Shown here piece by piece: positions 17,480 through 25,857 of a DNA stretch of 38,683 nt. Origin of the DNA: a virus (taxonomy: Duplodnaviria; Caudoviricetes); IMG/VR virus record IMGVR_UViG_3300026299_000007, positions 1-38,683 of that record, one strand, 5' to 3'. The notes under the pieces are model-generated. The model worked only from the letters and a program-made list of their open reading frames with translations. It had not been told where the DNA came from and did no database searches. Numbering within the stretch: the stretch's first letter is position 1; the number at the start of each line of letters is the position of its first letter. The position numbers and the translations under genes are program-made.

Positions 17480-17523
17480 ATTGTCGGCGGGGCGCTGCGC
17501 TCAGTCGGGTCTGAAGCGCTTCA
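17480..17523 (-). promoter_or_regulatory. Putative Mor/C-activated late promoter of the head-tail operon
   Basis: Palindrome TGAAGCGCTTCA (17512-17523), then 26 nt, then -10-like GACAAT; same architecture as at 25751-25794. Confidence 0.7.
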
Positions 17524-17622
17524 CGACAGGCGGCAGACGCGCGCGCGTGACAGATGACGCAGCGGGGCTTGGACTATCGGCGCCCCGCTGCCAGCGCTAT
17601 GAGCGCGGCCTGCTAATCGACA

Positions 17623-18147
17623 TCAGTCGTGGACCGTGCGCAGGTGGCAATTGCTTTCCGCATCGCAGACGACTTGCGTGATCTGGCCCTGCGTGCCGCG
17701 CGCCTCGTAGAAGCTGCGGCCGTTGCTTTGCTTGAAGCGCAGCGGCTCGCCAGCGAGGGGAAACCCGCTTTCGGCGAGAACACGCGTCACTCTTTCACGC
17801 TCCACGTCGGGCGCTGCGCCCGGCGCGCTGGCTGGCGCGGCGCTGGCGACCGCCCGTTCCGGGGCAGCAATCGGCGGCGAGTAGGCAGCCGTCTGGGCCG
17901 ATGCTGCCTCGTGATAGCCCAAGCCTTGCAGGCACTCCGTGGTCCGGTCCGAAATCCATACCTCGACAAACATGTTGCCAGACAGCCCATTGGCTTGCGC
18001 GGATTGCATGCCGTATTGCCGGCAGGTCAGCCGGTCTCGCCGGAATTGCTCGTCGGTTGCCCCTGCCTTCAACCAGACCTTCGGGGCGGTGGCGACGCAG
18101 CCGACAACAGAGAGGGCGAGCGCGAGGATAAGCAATTGCCTTTTCAT
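17623..18147 (-). CDS. Moron-encoded lipoprotein
   Basis: MKRQLLILALALSVVGC signal peptide with lipobox Cys; two Cys-paired domains joined by an Ala/Pro linker. Confidence 0.78.
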   Translation of the reverse strand: MKRQLLILALALSVVGCVATAPKVWLKAGATDEQFRRDRLTCRQYGMQSAQANGLSGNMFVEVWISDRTTECLQGLGYHEAASAQTAAYSPPIAAPERAVASAAPASAPGAAPDVERERVTRVLAESGFPLAGEPLRFKQSNGRSFYEARGTQGQITQVVCDAESNCHLRTVHD

Positions 18148-18206
18148 GTCAGGGCTCTCGGAAAAGATGCGTGCCATGCCGCACGCCGGACGACATGTTA
18201 AACCCA

Positions 18207-18235
18207 TTGCGCCCCCGGTGGTACAAGCGTAATAT
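18207..18235 (+). promoter_or_regulatory. Sigma70-like promoter for the + strand moron operon
   Basis: TTGCGC-N17-TAATAT directly upstream of the structured leader. Confidence 0.6.
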
Positions 18236-18242
18236 CGAACGC

Positions 18243-18440
18243 ACTAAATGTAAGGCGGTAGCTGCTCCGATCTGCAGCCACTGCCGCCCGCCTCCCAGCG
18301 GGCGTTTGCTTTTCTGGTCGGGTCGAGAGCGCTGAATACAACACCCGCAAGGGGAATGAGCGCCGGGCTGCCTTACAGCCTAGTTGAGACCCGACCGCCC
18401 GCCGGCTACTAACCGGCGGTTCTCAACTGAATGTAAGGAG
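18243..18440 (+). ncRNA. P4 CI-like / c4-type antisense RNA with flanking target sites
   Basis: Closing stem GGTCGGGTC (18316-18324) / GACCCGACC (18388-18396). Internal CCTTACA..TAGTTGAGA is complementary to TGTAAGG at 18249 and to TCTCAACTG.ATGTAAGG at 18421-18438, which overlaps the RBS. A terminator-like hairpin lies at 18285-18313. Confidence 0.7.
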
Positions 18441-18446
18441 CCCGTC

Positions 18447-18650
18447 ATGAATGCTTGTGTTATCCCCTTCCCGGCTCGCCGCGCAGCGGCAGAGCAAACC
18501 CCATACGAAGCCCTCAAGGCCTGCCTGGCCGATGCGCTGACCACAGAGGCGCCGCGCCGTGGCGCCGGGCCTGGCAGCCAGCGCGAGGACGAGATCCTCA
18601 AGCTGCTGCGGCGCATCGATCGCCGCTTGGCAAAACTGGCAGCGGCGTAG
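18447..18650 (+). CDS. Small hypothetical protein (first gene under antisense control)
   Basis: 67 aa; AAGGAG RBS overlaps the antisense target; helical C-terminus ILKLLRRIDRRL. Confidence 0.7.
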   Translation: MNACVIPFPARRAAAEQTPYEALKACLADALTTEAPRRGAGPGSQREDEILKLLRRIDRRLAKLAAA

Positions 18651-18651
18651 G

Positions 18652-19224
18652 ATGACGGCCATGAATACACCGCTCAAGACCCAGCGCATCGAATGGCTAG
18701 CGAAGACGGCCGAAGGCTATACCGGTGCCGGCTTCAACCCTGAAGGAAGGATGGCGGCGCGGGGATCGCACCGGCGCCCCTTGGCTATCGCGGCACGGTG
18801 CGGCCAGTGCATCGGCAGCACAGACCCCAATGCTGGCGAGAGGATCGCCGACTGCCCGATGGTGGTCTGCCCGCTGTACCCGCACCGCTCGCACCAGCAC
18901 GGCAAGTACCGCGACAACCTGGCGGCGCTGAAGGCGACCCTGCCGCCGGCCCCGCCAGGGGTGGTCCTCAGCCCGATGGAACGTGCGCGGCTCAATCCCG
19001 AATCGCGAGCCATGGCGGTGCGCGCCTATTGCTATGACTGCATGGGCGGGCAGCCCGTTGGCCGGACCAATACCAACGGCAACGTGCGAAAGATGGTCGG
19101 CGACTGCAGCGTCACCCGCTGCGCGCTTTGGGACGTTCGCCCGTGGCAAAACGCGGGCGACGAGGAGGAGAACGGCGAGAGCGAGGAAAACGCAGATGGC
19201 CAAGAATGCGAAGATGAAATTTAA
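18652..19224 (+). CDS. Hypothetical protein with two CxxC...Cx4C putative zinc-binding repeats and an acidic tail
   Basis: Repeats AIAARCGQCIG...IADCPMVVCPL and AVRAYCYDCMG...VGDCSVTRCAL; starts just after the upstream stop. Confidence 0.72.
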   Translation: MTAMNTPLKTQRIEWLAKTAEGYTGAGFNPEGRMAARGSHRRPLAIAARCGQCIGSTDPNAGERIADCPMVVCPLYPHRSHQHGKYRDNLAALKATLPPAPPGVVLSPMERARLNPESRAMAVRAYCYDCMGGQPVGRTNTNGNVRKMVGDCSVTRCALWDVRPWQNAGDEEENGESEENADGQECEDEI

Positions 19225-19340
19225 CGTCAGGTTAGCGCCACTTTACGGCCATCGTCTGGAAAGAACGCCGCGCAGATATACCAGAGTGACCCTGGCACCA
19301 TAAAACGGCTGCAAACGCGCCACAGGCGCACCTTTGGACG

Positions 19341-19367
19341 AAGCCCCGGAACCCCCGGGGCTTTTTT
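19341..19367 (+). terminator. Intrinsic terminator of the + strand moron operon
   Basis: AAGCCCCGG-loop-CCGGGGCTT followed by a T tract, between convergent genes. Confidence 0.82.
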
Positions 19368-19374
19368 ATGGGCG

Positions 19375-19905
19375 CTAGCCTCTGCTGCCGAGAATGGCCT
19401 CGGCGAGCACGCTTTCGATGTGGCTGGCCAGAGCCGGCGGCAGGCCGCGCTCGGCGTCGGGGAAGAAGGGCCGCGCGGGGATGTCGCCCCAGAGGTGTGG
19501 GAAGTCGGATTTCTTGCCGCCGAAGTTCTGCATGGCGGCGTAGCGCATGGTCGAGAAGACCTCCACCCCGTTGCCGACGACGCGATATCCGAATTGCTTG
19601 GAGAGCGACTTGCTCTCGCCGAGCAGCGGTTTCTTGGCGGCAAGCTGGCGCTGGCCGCGGGCCGAGACCTTGCCTTTCTTGGTGAAGTTCTTGCCGTGGC
19701 CGTGGAGCATGGCGCGCAGGGTGGTGTCGCTGTTCGGCAGCCAGGGCACGCCGTAGGGGTCCTGCGACCTGGCGAAGCTCTCCTTGGTGCTTTCCATCAC
19801 CAGCTCGCCGATGGCCTTCAAGGCCGGGCGGGGATTCTGCAGGCCGCGCAGCAGGCGGGCGATGGGCTCGCCGACGCCGGTGTCGGTGACGGTGATGCTG
19901 ATCAT
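19375..19905 (-). CDS. Mu gpG-like virion morphogenesis protein
   Basis: F....DPYG.PW, YAAMQNFGG and IPARPF motifs. Confidence 0.9.
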   Translation of the reverse strand: MISITVTDTGVGEPIARLLRGLQNPRPALKAIGELVMESTKESFARSQDPYGVPWLPNSDTTLRAMLHGHGKNFTKKGKVSARGQRQLAAKKPLLGESKSLSKQFGYRVVGNGVEVFSTMRYAAMQNFGGKKSDFPHLWGDIPARPFFPDAERGLPPALASHIESVLAEAILGSRG

Positions 19906-20663
19906 TGCGGTTGTACCTTTCTGGCATCGGCAGCGAAGGCGTCGGCGATCGGCGCCGGCAGCTTCGCGACCTTGTCATTGATCAGGGTGCGCAGCTCGTG
20001 CTCGATCGATGCACCTGGCGCATAGGCAAAGCCGCGGTCGATGCCGTCGACGTTGCCGGGCGCCGGGGCGTTGGCCGGGCCTTTGCCGGCGGCAATGGCT
20101 TTGAGGTAGTCGCTTTTTGACGCGGGGATAACGCGGCAGTGGCAGCCCCAGCCGTTGGGCGGGAAGTGGGTACGCCAGAAGGCGTGGTCGCGCGGCAGGG
20201 TGAGGCCGTCCCAGCTGACATGCAGCGGCCTGGGATAGAGCACGCTGTCGCTGTGCTTGTAGCGCCAGTAGGGCAGGATCGAGCCCAGCTCGGGGTCATT
20301 GAGCTGCTGCCAGCGGCCGGCGGCGTAGCTGGTGCTCATGTTGGTCTGGTAGATGACCTTTGTCCGCCAGGCGACGCCTTCCTTGCTGCCTTCGCCGGTC
20401 CAGCCGCTCCAGCCGTGGCGGGCGACGAGGGCTTTGAAGTCCTTGCGGAAGGCAGCGAGGCCGGTGCCGTCGGTGATGGCCTCGCTGACGGCATCGTTGA
20501 GGTCGGCGAGGAGGTCGGCGCCCTGGGCGCCGGCGACGATGAAGGCGCGGTCGTGCTCTTCCTTGCTGATATCGTCCCAGCGCTCGGTGGGCAGGTTGAG
20601 CTTTTGGCGGAAGAAGGCGACCTGCTCGGCGAAGGGGCGGTGCCAGGGCGGGCGCTCGGGCAT
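19902..20663 (-). CDS. Mu gpF-like head morphogenesis protein (SPP1 gp7 family)
   Basis: AF.VAGA, IYQTN..TSYAAGRW and FW.THFPPNGWGCHC motifs. Confidence 0.92.
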   Translation of the reverse strand: MPERPPWHRPFAEQVAFFRQKLNLPTERWDDISKEEHDRAFIVAGAQGADLLADLNDAVSEAITDGTGLAAFRKDFKALVARHGWSGWTGEGSKEGVAWRTKVIYQTNMSTSYAAGRWQQLNDPELGSILPYWRYKHSDSVLYPRPLHVSWDGLTLPRDHAFWRTHFPPNGWGCHCRVIPASKSDYLKAIAAGKGPANAPAPGNVDGIDRGFAYAPGASIEHELRTLINDKVAKLPAPIADAFAADARKVQPQ

Positions 20664-20666
20664 GGC

Positions 20667-22310
20667 TTACTGCGTCCTGGCGGGCCGTTGGCTGGCGGTC
20701 TCGTCAACGATATCGGCAATGCCGGCCAGGCGGGCGACGGCCAGGCCGCTGGCCATTACTGCGCGCAGGTCGTCAATCGGCAGGCTGCCGTAGGCGTCGA
20801 GCAGCGTGGCCTGCAGGGCTTCGAGGCTGTCGGCGCTGCTCACCAGCTGCTCGACGTGAGCGAGCACGGCGCGCCAGGCGTCGGCGGTTTCGGCCTGCAG
20901 GCGGTTGGCGAGGACGGTGGCCGGGGTGGGGTCTGCGGCCGTGGGTTTGGCGGCCAGGGCGGCCAGGGCGGCGAGGGCTGCACCTGGTGCGGGGGCGGGC
21001 TTGGCGGGCGGCACGGTGGGGGCTGGCGGCGCTGCCGGAGCCGGCGCGGACACCTCGCCGAGCACTTCCTCGCCGTCCTTGGCCATCGGGATCTTGAGCT
21101 TGTCGTGCGCCCACTCGACGGGAATGAGCATGCCCTGCGCCGAGAGCTTGGGCAGGGCGTCGGCAAAGGCCTGGAGGTCTTCGCCCTCGCTGGTGTCGAA
21201 GACCAGGCGCGGGCAGCGGCGCAGGCCGTCGATGCCGCCGCGGTTGAGGGCCAGCAGCGGGTAGAGCAGGTCGCGGGTGACGGTGCCGCCAATCTGGCGG
21301 GCATCGGCAAGCAGGATGTCGTGGCGCACTTCGCGGTGGAAGTCGGCATTGCCGGAACCCAGGCCGGATGACTTGGCTTCGGCGCTCATGGTCTGGCCAA
21401 GGATGGCCTTGGACTGGGCGCGGTCGGCCCAGTCGACCATGGTCAGGTGCGGCTGGCCGGTGCTGCCGGTGATGGTCTCGATCTCGATCTGCATCTCGGC
21501 GGGCATGATGGCGCGGGCGTTGTGGCCCAGCGCGGTGACGGCGCGCATCAGGCTGGCGCGTTCGTCCTGGCTGGCACCCGAAAAATACTTGCCGACGATG
21601 ATCGGCAGGCCGAAGGTTTCCAGGAACTCGGCGAAGTCGCCCAGGGCGTAGCTCTTGTAGAGGAAGGGCCAGACCAGGGTGCGGTGCAGGCCCATGCGGC
21701 CGAGGTAGCCGGTCTTGGGCTTGCCGTGGGTGTGGAAGACCCAGCCGAAGGCGGCCAGCTCGGCGCCGTCCGGGCTGTCATCGCGCAGGCGCAGCTGGCG
21801 GCGGGTCTGGTCAAGGCGGAACCACTCCTGCGGGCGGGGGTGAAAGGCGGGCAGCAGCTCGCTGCCTTCGCGGCGCCATTCGAGCTCGGTGGCGGCAAAG
21901 CCGTGGCCGATGCCGTCCATCAGCGACAGGAACAAGTCCTCGATCGGGTCGGCGGCGTCGTTGAGCACTTCCTCCAGCCACTCGGCGTTTTTCTGCTCGG
22001 CGGCGCTGGCGTTGCGCGGCGGCACAATGGACCAGTCCAGGCTGAGGATCGCCAGCTTGCGCTTGGTGATCTCGGCATAGAGGTGGGCGTCGCGCTCTTC
22101 CATGTCGGCGAAGAGGCGGTGCTGGGCGATGAGGTCGCCGTTGTCGGCGTCGCGCAGGGTGTTGGCCAGGCGCGCCGGCGTGAGGCCGTCGAGCATCGGG
22201 CGCAGGTACTGATTCTCCAGGCTGCCGATGCGCGCGGTCTGCGGCTCGCTGAGCACGGCGCGGTCGATGGGCTGGCCGTATTGGTCGACAAGCTTGTGGG
22301 TGGTGGCCAT
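20667..22310 (-). CDS. Mu gp29-like portal protein (DUF935)
   Basis: LFADMEERDAH, FAEFLE.FGLP..VGKY, SKAILGQT and HREVR.D motifs; follows terminase. Confidence 0.93.
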   Translation of the reverse strand: MATTHKLVDQYGQPIDRAVLSEPQTARIGSLENQYLRPMLDGLTPARLANTLRDADNGDLIAQHRLFADMEERDAHLYAEITKRKLAILSLDWSIVPPRNASAAEQKNAEWLEEVLNDAADPIEDLFLSLMDGIGHGFAATELEWRREGSELLPAFHPRPQEWFRLDQTRRQLRLRDDSPDGAELAAFGWVFHTHGKPKTGYLGRMGLHRTLVWPFLYKSYALGDFAEFLETFGLPIIVGKYFSGASQDERASLMRAVTALGHNARAIMPAEMQIEIETITGSTGQPHLTMVDWADRAQSKAILGQTMSAEAKSSGLGSGNADFHREVRHDILLADARQIGGTVTRDLLYPLLALNRGGIDGLRRCPRLVFDTSEGEDLQAFADALPKLSAQGMLIPVEWAHDKLKIPMAKDGEEVLGEVSAPAPAAPPAPTVPPAKPAPAPGAALAALAALAAKPTAADPTPATVLANRLQAETADAWRAVLAHVEQLVSSADSLEALQATLLDAYGSLPIDDLRAVMASGLAVARLAGIADIVDETASQRPARTQ

Positions 22311-24127
22311 CAGAACATTCTCCTGGATCTGTTGCTGCCGTAGTCATCATCGCCACGGCGCCCGCTGCCGCTGCTGCTGCCGCCGCCACTGAAGCCGCCG
22401 CGCCGGGCGACGGTCTCGAAGCCGTAGGCGCCGGCGCCGGCGCCGCGGGTGCTGGCGATCTCCCACAGGATGTAGAGCGCGCAGAGGCCGTCGTAGTGGT
22501 GGCTGGCCTGCTTCTCGGGGTAGCTGTCGAGCTCGGCCAGCAGCAGGGTCAGGGCGGGGTTGAAGAGGATGCGCGGCTCGAAGGCGTCGGTGATGTAGGG
22601 CTCCAGGGCCTCGATGCGCAGGGCCTGCTCGACGGTGGCGGTGAGGCCGATCAAGGGCAAGGGGACCTGCTTGGCCATGCCGGCGGCGACGAAGGTCTGG
22701 CGGCTGTGCTCGAAGGCGCCGTTGTTCTCGAAGCCGATGGCCTGACAGCGGTATTCGCGCTGAAAGTCGATCAAATCGGCTTCCAGCTTGCTGGGCAGGC
22801 GGCGCTTGATGCTCGCCTCGATGACATGCAGGCGCTGGTGCTCGCGGTCCCAGGCGCCGGCCAGCAGGGCCGAGGGGTCGGAGTGCTCGCCGCGGCCCAT
22901 GGAGGGGTCGCAGGCGCCGAAGATGATCCACTCGGTGCGCCGGCCGACGTGAAAGCGGATGGGGGTGAACACCTTGTCTTCGTCACTGCGCGGCTCGCCC
23001 TGCATCTCGGTACCGAAGGCGCGGATGTTCTTGGCGCGCTGGCGCATCAGCCAGTACAGCGAGCGCACCTGCGGCCACGAGATCTCGGCGCCGGCGTCCA
23101 TGGCGGCGCGGTTGGCAGCGTAGAAGCGGTACGAGGGCAGCTGGTGTTCTTCGAGCACTTCGCCCTGTTCGGCGGCGGCGGTCTCGGCCGGCTTGTCGTC
23201 ATTGAGCATGATCGACTGGCAGCGCTCCCAGAGATCCATGGCTTCGGGCAGCTTCTCGATGGCGCGGAAGTGATGCACCAGGTGACCGATGGCGGCCTTG
23301 GCGCGGCTGATCGGGTCGTCTTTATTCAGGATGGTGCCGACGCCGACGAACTTGACCGTGCCGTCCGGCGGGCCGAGGAAGTCGACGGCCTTCTCCAGCC
23401 AGTCCCACCTGTTCTCGCGCTCGGTGGGGCTCTTGGCCTCTTTGTCGGTGATCAGGTCATCACCGAGCAGAAGCTTCGGGCGGCTGGCGCCGTGGAAGGT
23501 GCCGCGGATGGCCTGCTCGGCGCCGAAGGCCTCGAACTTGACACCGGAGCGGGCGGTGAACTCGCCGATCTTCCATTGCTTGCTGGGGCCGCAGGCCTCG
23601 GGGAAGTCGAGCGCCAAGCCGGCGTTAAATTGCAGCTCGGTTTTGACCACTTCGAGCAATTTTGTCGGCAGTTTTGTCTCGGCGCCGAGCAGGGTGACGT
23701 AGTCGATGAAGTAGGGGCGCGGGGCCTGCCAGCCGATTTCCGTGCAGATGGCCGGGCGCTGCAGCAGGGCGCGCACGGCACACCACACCGGGCCGACCTT
23801 GGTCAGCAGTGAGGACTTGGCTTCGCCACGGGGGGCGATCCACCACTCCTTGGCGCCGGTCGGCTTGTCGAGAATCTGCGGGAAGCGGGCAAAGAAGTGG
23901 CGGTGGAAGTTGGAGGCCGGCGGGCGGATGTGGTGCGCCAGGTAGGTGTAGCAGAAGAACTCGAAGTCGCCGTGCAGCAGCACGCGGCGGCGACGCTCGG
24001 CGCGGGCCGCCGGCGAGGGGTCGAGGCCGATCTGGCTGGCCTCGATGGCGACGCGGGCGGCGCGGGCGATCTCGGCGAGTTCGTCGAGGAACTCGCGGGG
24101 GGTGGTTTGGTTAGTGGAGGCCACCAC
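22310..24127 (-). CDS. terL: Terminase large subunit
   Basis: Walker A-like APRGEAKS, RP.L...DDL Walker B, VGTIL, nuclease ACDPSMG and HYDG. Confidence 0.92.
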   Translation of the reverse strand: MVASTNQTTPREFLDELAEIARAARVAIEASQIGLDPSPAARAERRRRVLLHGDFEFFCYTYLAHHIRPPASNFHRHFFARFPQILDKPTGAKEWWIAPRGEAKSSLLTKVGPVWCAVRALLQRPAICTEIGWQAPRPYFIDYVTLLGAETKLPTKLLEVVKTELQFNAGLALDFPEACGPSKQWKIGEFTARSGVKFEAFGAEQAIRGTFHGASRPKLLLGDDLITDKEAKSPTERENRWDWLEKAVDFLGPPDGTVKFVGVGTILNKDDPISRAKAAIGHLVHHFRAIEKLPEAMDLWERCQSIMLNDDKPAETAAAEQGEVLEEHQLPSYRFYAANRAAMDAGAEISWPQVRSLYWLMRQRAKNIRAFGTEMQGEPRSDEDKVFTPIRFHVGRRTEWIIFGACDPSMGRGEHSDPSALLAGAWDREHQRLHVIEASIKRRLPSKLEADLIDFQREYRCQAIGFENNGAFEHSRQTFVAAGMAKQVPLPLIGLTATVEQALRIEALEPYITDAFEPRILFNPALTLLLAELDSYPEKQASHHYDGLCALYILWEIASTRGAGAGAYGFETVARRGGFSGGGSSSGSGRRGDDDYGSNRSRRMF

Positions 24128-24371
24128 TGCACCCTTGCGGCTGAGCTGCCATGTCTTTCTGTACGGCGGCGAGGGCGACGACTACGCTCTCATTCATCTT
24201 GTCTCGGAAGGCATAGGCCAGTCGTTTTTGCTCGGCATCCAGACTATCCAGATATTGAACGACAAGTCCTTTGGCGCCGGCGTTGGCCTCGACTGTGGCG
24301 GCGATGCAAAGACCCATAATCACACCGAGCGCTTGCGCTGTTTCATCCGACATCTCTGCACTCTTACCCAT
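24111..24371 (-). CDS. Small hypothetical protein inserted between terminase subunits
   Basis: 86-aa ORF overlapping the terS stop and terL start; visibly less GC-rich than its neighbours. Confidence 0.5.
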   Translation of the reverse strand: MGKSAEMSDETAQALGVIMGLCIAATVEANAGAKGLVVQYLDSLDAEQKRLAYAFRDKMNESVVVALAAVQKDMAAQPQGCSGGLH

Positions 24372-24858
24372 AAGCCTTCGCCACCTCCTGACCGAAGGGC
24401 GGCAGGATCTCCGCAAACGCCGGGGCGTGCTGGGGGGCGTGGTCGCGGACGAAGGTGTCGAGGCGCTTGATGAGGTCCATGGCCACGGCGAGGCGATCGG
24501 TGGCGGGCATCATGTTCTTGCTGGCGGCATTGAGCTTGGCGACGGTGTCGGCGAGCACGGCCATGGATTTGACGCCTTCCACCGGGTCTTCGCAGGCTTG
24601 CGTCTTTTCCAGCAGGGACTCGCAACGCAGCAGGCCGGCGGCGATGAGGCGGCCGAGGGCCTGCTCGATGCCGCCGCCGGAGACGAGCAGCGAGGCGCGC
24701 TGGAACTTGTCCCAGTCATCTGAGCCGTCGCGGGCTTCGCGATACCAGTTGCGGGCGGTGCCGGCGGGCACGCCGACCTTTTCGGCGGCCTGTTCGAGCG
24801 GCAGGCCGCCGATGTAGGCGGCGCGCAGCTCCATCTTCTTCTCGGGGCTGTGGGCCAT
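24364..24858 (-). CDS. Putative terminase small subunit (DUF1804 family)
   Basis: MAHSPEKK..LR.AY, an HTH (LEQAAEKVGVP.GTARNW) and DDWDK motifs; upstream of terL. Confidence 0.82.
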   Translation of the reverse strand: MAHSPEKKMELRAAYIGGLPLEQAAEKVGVPAGTARNWYREARDGSDDWDKFQRASLLVSGGGIEQALGRLIAAGLLRCESLLEKTQACEDPVEGVKSMAVLADTVAKLNAASKNMMPATDRLAVAMDLIKRLDTFVRDHAPQHAPAFAEILPPFGQEVAKAYG

Positions 24859-25112
24859 TAGGGCATCCTGCGGCGACCGGCGACGACGTCGCGGCCTTCT
24901 TCGTTGAGCATGGCGATGTCGATATCGGGGCTGAACTCGACCAGGCCGACGTCGTCGAGCCAGGCGAGGTCGGCGCGCACGCGGTCGAGGGTGGCGACGA
25001 TGCCGTGCACCTGCTCCATGTCCTTGCGCAGGTCGCGGGCGTTGCAGGTGCCATTGCGGAATAACAGGGTGGCGAGCAGGCTGGTGGCGCGCCGCTTGTC
25101 GTTTTCGGTCAT
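24858..25112 (-). CDS. Mu gp26-like winged-HTH protein
   Basis: DRVRADLAWL...GLV and L...GRDV..G motifs in the conserved Mu-like position. Confidence 0.75.
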   Translation of the reverse strand: MTENDKRRATSLLATLLFRNGTCNARDLRKDMEQVHGIVATLDRVRADLAWLDDVGLVEFSPDIDIAMLNEEGRDVVAGRRRMP

Positions 25113-25450
25113 GAGTGATGCGCCTTGTTGACTTCGCGGTTGATGAGCATGCGCAGCATGTCGCTTTGCACCTTCGTTTCACCGACCAGCTGGTTGACGG
25201 TGTTGGCCAGGGTGTTGATGGATTCGTAGAGGGCGGCGATGTCGCGGTGGGTGGGCTGGTTGCCGGTAGCGGCTTCCACCGCGCGGATGCGCTCGTCGAG
25301 GTAGTCGGTCTTGGCAGTGAGCTGGGCTTTCAGGTCCGCCATGGCGGCCTCGGTGACCTTGTTACGGTCGCCAAGATAGGTATAGGCGGCCAGGCCGAGC
25401 ATACCGGCGAGCTGCGTGGCAGTAGCGACTTCCGAAAATGCCAGGTCCAT
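25109..25450 (-). CDS. Mu gp25-like (DUF2730) membrane-anchored coiled-coil protein
   Basis: N-terminal hydrophobic stretch, coiled coil, PTHRDI motif; conserved position. Confidence 0.7.
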   Translation of the reverse strand: MDLAFSEVATATQLAGMLGLAAYTYLGDRNKVTEAAMADLKAQLTAKTDYLDERIRAVEAATGNQPTHRDIAALYESINTLANTVNQLVGETKVQSDMLRMLINREVNKAHHS

Positions 25451-25701
25451 TAGCGGCGCCCTCCGTTGCGGTTAAGCGCGATTTCGAGGTTATTCTGGCA
25501 ATCTACGCATGTTTGTACGCCGGGAACGTGCTCGCGGCGGGCATCTGGGATGGGGCCTTCGCAAATGCGGCAGAACTCGGCGGATGGCGTGCCCTGGTCG
25601 GCGGAAGTGCGGCGGCGCTGGGCGGCTATGGCGTCGTCGCGCAGTTCCTGCTCGCGGTCCGAGGCGCGGTCGTAGAAGTCGGTCATAATGGGGGCTTTCA
25701 T
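25450..25701 (-). CDS. TraR/DksA C4 zinc-finger protein
   Basis: D..DRA and C..CEGPIP.ARR...PGV..C..CQ motifs. Confidence 0.9.
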   Translation of the reverse strand: MKAPIMTDFYDRASDREQELRDDAIAAQRRRTSADQGTPSAEFCRICEGPIPDARREHVPGVQTCVDCQNNLEIALNRNGGRR

Positions 25702-25750
25702 GGCGGCGTTTTAGTCGCAGTTAATCGGCAGTTAATGAGACGTTGCGCCG

Positions 25751-25794
25751 AGTTTATGCGCGCGCGCGGGGCGGGATTGGTTTGAAGCGCTTCA
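25751..25794 (-). promoter_or_regulatory. Putative Mor/C-activated late promoter of the packaging operon
   Basis: TGAAGCGCTTCA (25783-25794), then 26 nt, then -10-like TAAACT; lies just downstream of a terminator. Confidence 0.7.
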
Positions 25795-25804
25795 GTCCAG
25801 CCAT

Positions 25805-25829
25805 AAAAAAACCCCGCCGGAGCGGGGCT
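25805..25829 (-). terminator. Intrinsic terminator after the antirepressor gene
   Basis: On the - strand GCCCCGCT-CCG-GCGGGGT followed by a T tract. Confidence 0.8.
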
Positions 25830-25857
25830 GGAAGGAGTGCGTGACAGGCTGAATAAT

